IMG/VR virus record: IMGVR_UViG_3300023208_000007
Location: 1-58,038 of that record
DNA from: a virus
Lineage: Duplodnaviria; Caudoviricetes
Strand: one strand, 5' to 3'
Length of the DNA stretch: 58,038 bases
Every line of letters starts with the position of its first letter. Positions within the stretch are counted from its first letter, which is position 1. Under the pieces are notes generated by a model. It saw nothing but the letters and a program-made list of their open reading frames with translations, ran no database searches and was not told the DNA's origin. A program made the position numbers and the translations under genes. Positions 56,901 to 58,038 of this stretch are shown here, piece by piece.

Positions 56901-56902
56901 CA

Positions 56903-57184
56903 ATGAAAGCGTTAACATTCGGTCATTATAAAAATCAAGATTTTAAAACGATTCCTAATGATTATCTTTCTTGGTTAAGATCAAGAATAGATGATCGAAC
57001 CGCTCTATGTAGAGCTATTACAAAAGAACTTGATTATCGTAAGAAAACAGGTTTTCACGTGCCATCTGATACAACTTTATGTGCAAAAAATCGCAATCGT
57101 TTTTATGATAGCATTGGTATGTATGGAGAAGGTCTTGATGATGAATTGATGCAAATCGAATATGATTGGGGGCTCGTACAATAA
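56903..57184 (+). CDS. DUF3820/exonuclease-X C-terminal-like small protein
   Basis: LTFG.YK....IP.DYL.WL. Confidence 0.6.
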   Translation: MKALTFGHYKNQDFKTIPNDYLSWLRSRIDDRTALCRAITKELDYRKKTGFHVPSDTTLCAKNRNRFYDSIGMYGEGLDDELMQIEYDWGLVQ

Positions 57185-57249
57185 TATTGTACTTTTTTGT
57201 TCATCTTGTTATAATTTTACCATACGCTAATTGATGCTGGAGATTTAAG

Positions 57250-57561
57250 ATGTTTGGTTCTGGTACTCTCATTTTCATTACTTTTCTAGTTGAAACTGGG
57301 TTATTTGCTTGGTACATTATGGACAAGACTACCCCAAGACAAAAAGATGATGTTTCCTTAAAACGACGAAGAGCTCGTCGTTTTAAGCGCGCACACGCTC
57401 AACTGGCAATTAAACGGCCAGAAGATACTCCTGTTTCACTTCGTCTTGACACGCTGAAAATTAAGCTTAAGGCTAAACAAAACCAAATTAACTCTGGGAT
57501 TCAAGTTTCTTTTGACGATGGAGATGAAGATGTTAATCGCTCAGCAGAATACACTCTTTGA
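57250..57561 (+). CDS. Membrane-anchored basic protein
   Basis: N-terminal TM segment; early promoter at 57188. Confidence 0.6.
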   Translation: MFGSGTLIFITFLVETGLFAWYIMDKTTPRQKDDVSLKRRRARRFKRAHAQLAIKRPEDTPVSLRLDTLKIKLKAKQNQINSGIQVSFDDGDEDVNRSAEYTL

Positions 57562-57853
57562 TAAAATTAAAAATGATTGTTTGCGTGTAATCTCTGCAAA
57601 TTTTCAAAGGGTTTCAACTCAAATTGAATTAATTTGGGGAACTCCTGAGTGTGAAAATTATTTACGGTCTCTGATGATAAATGATCGGACGGATTCTCGT
57701 CAAGGTTTTCCATTTGAAGTATTAGACTCGATAATGTCGCTTGCTAATTTACACGCTGAAAAATATGGGTCAAATTTGATGATCGTTTTTGGCAAAGTCG
57801 AAGAAATAAAATCAACTGATATTTGGAAAAGTCAATTTATTCAAGATAAATAA
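57530..57853 (+). CDS. Conserved proteobacterial-type hypothetical protein
   Basis: IELIWGTPE...YL..L..DR..RQGFP.EV; start uncertain. Confidence 0.65.
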   Translation: MLIAQQNTLFDKIKNDCLRVISANFQRVSTQIELIWGTPECENYLRSLMINDRTDSRQGFPFEVLDSIMSLANLHAEKYGSNLMIVFGKVEEIKSTDIWKSQFIQDK

Positions 57854-57859
57854 CTTAAA

Positions 57860-57936
57860 GCCTCATTAGCTCAGTGGTTAGAGCGGGTGACTCTAAATCT
57901 CCGTCAGCACAGGTTCGAATCCTGTATGAGGCACCA
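57860..57936 (+). tRNA. Amber suppressor tRNA (CUA anticodon)
   Basis: gcctcat/atgaggc; ggtga-ctctaaa-tctcc; canonical D and T arms; A73 and encoded CCA. Confidence 0.85.
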
Positions 57937-58038
57937 ATTTTAAAATTATGAAAACAGAAGCTGTTTTTTCAGGGTTTATTACGTTTGTTGAATGTGCTCC
58001 ATACAAAAAGGAACACCCAACAGCAATTTGTATTTGTG

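Noticed and set aside
1-58038. Genome-wide TAG reassignment
   Set aside because: Long conserved genes are uninterrupted in code 11; only one small ORF has an internal TAG.
1-58038. CRISPR array
   Set aside because: No regularly spaced repeat-spacer series; the repeats found are two-copy and intragenic.

Overview
AT-rich, densely coded accessory region of a large T4-like/jumbo lytic phage. The evidence is T4-type TATAAATA late promoters, recurrent TGTAC(A/T)-N16/17-TATAAT early promoters, free-standing homing endonucleases and about 26 tRNA or tRNA-like genes; the host is probably a gammaproteobacterium (inference). No core replication or capsid genes are present. Cargo: proteostasis (GroES, FtsH, Hsp20 with a ROSE-like thermometer), tRNA maintenance (CCA enzyme, Pth2, RNA ligase, YqeY), NAD salvage and ADP-ribose turnover (NadM-Nudix, NadV, Sir2, two NADAR), a Ter cluster, a J-domain/vWA/PurA-like cluster, a di-heme cytochrome c peroxidase and a PAS-GGDEF diguanylate cyclase. 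Top candidate novel system: a ribosome-coupled transcription attenuator (44836-45024) in front of the tRNA array. Thirty of the first 33 codons of its 43-aa leader encode amino acids whose tRNAs lie downstream, and it has mutually exclusive antiterminator and terminator hairpins, suggesting a sensor that switches on phage tRNAs when host tRNAs are depleted. Other highlights: CsrA/RsmA-sponge-like GGA-repeat RNAs, a ~580-nt ornate ncRNA, non-canonical tRNAs including an amber suppressor, and two homing endonucleases that replaced the 3' ends of vWA genes. All calls come from reading the sequence by eye; no database searches were run.
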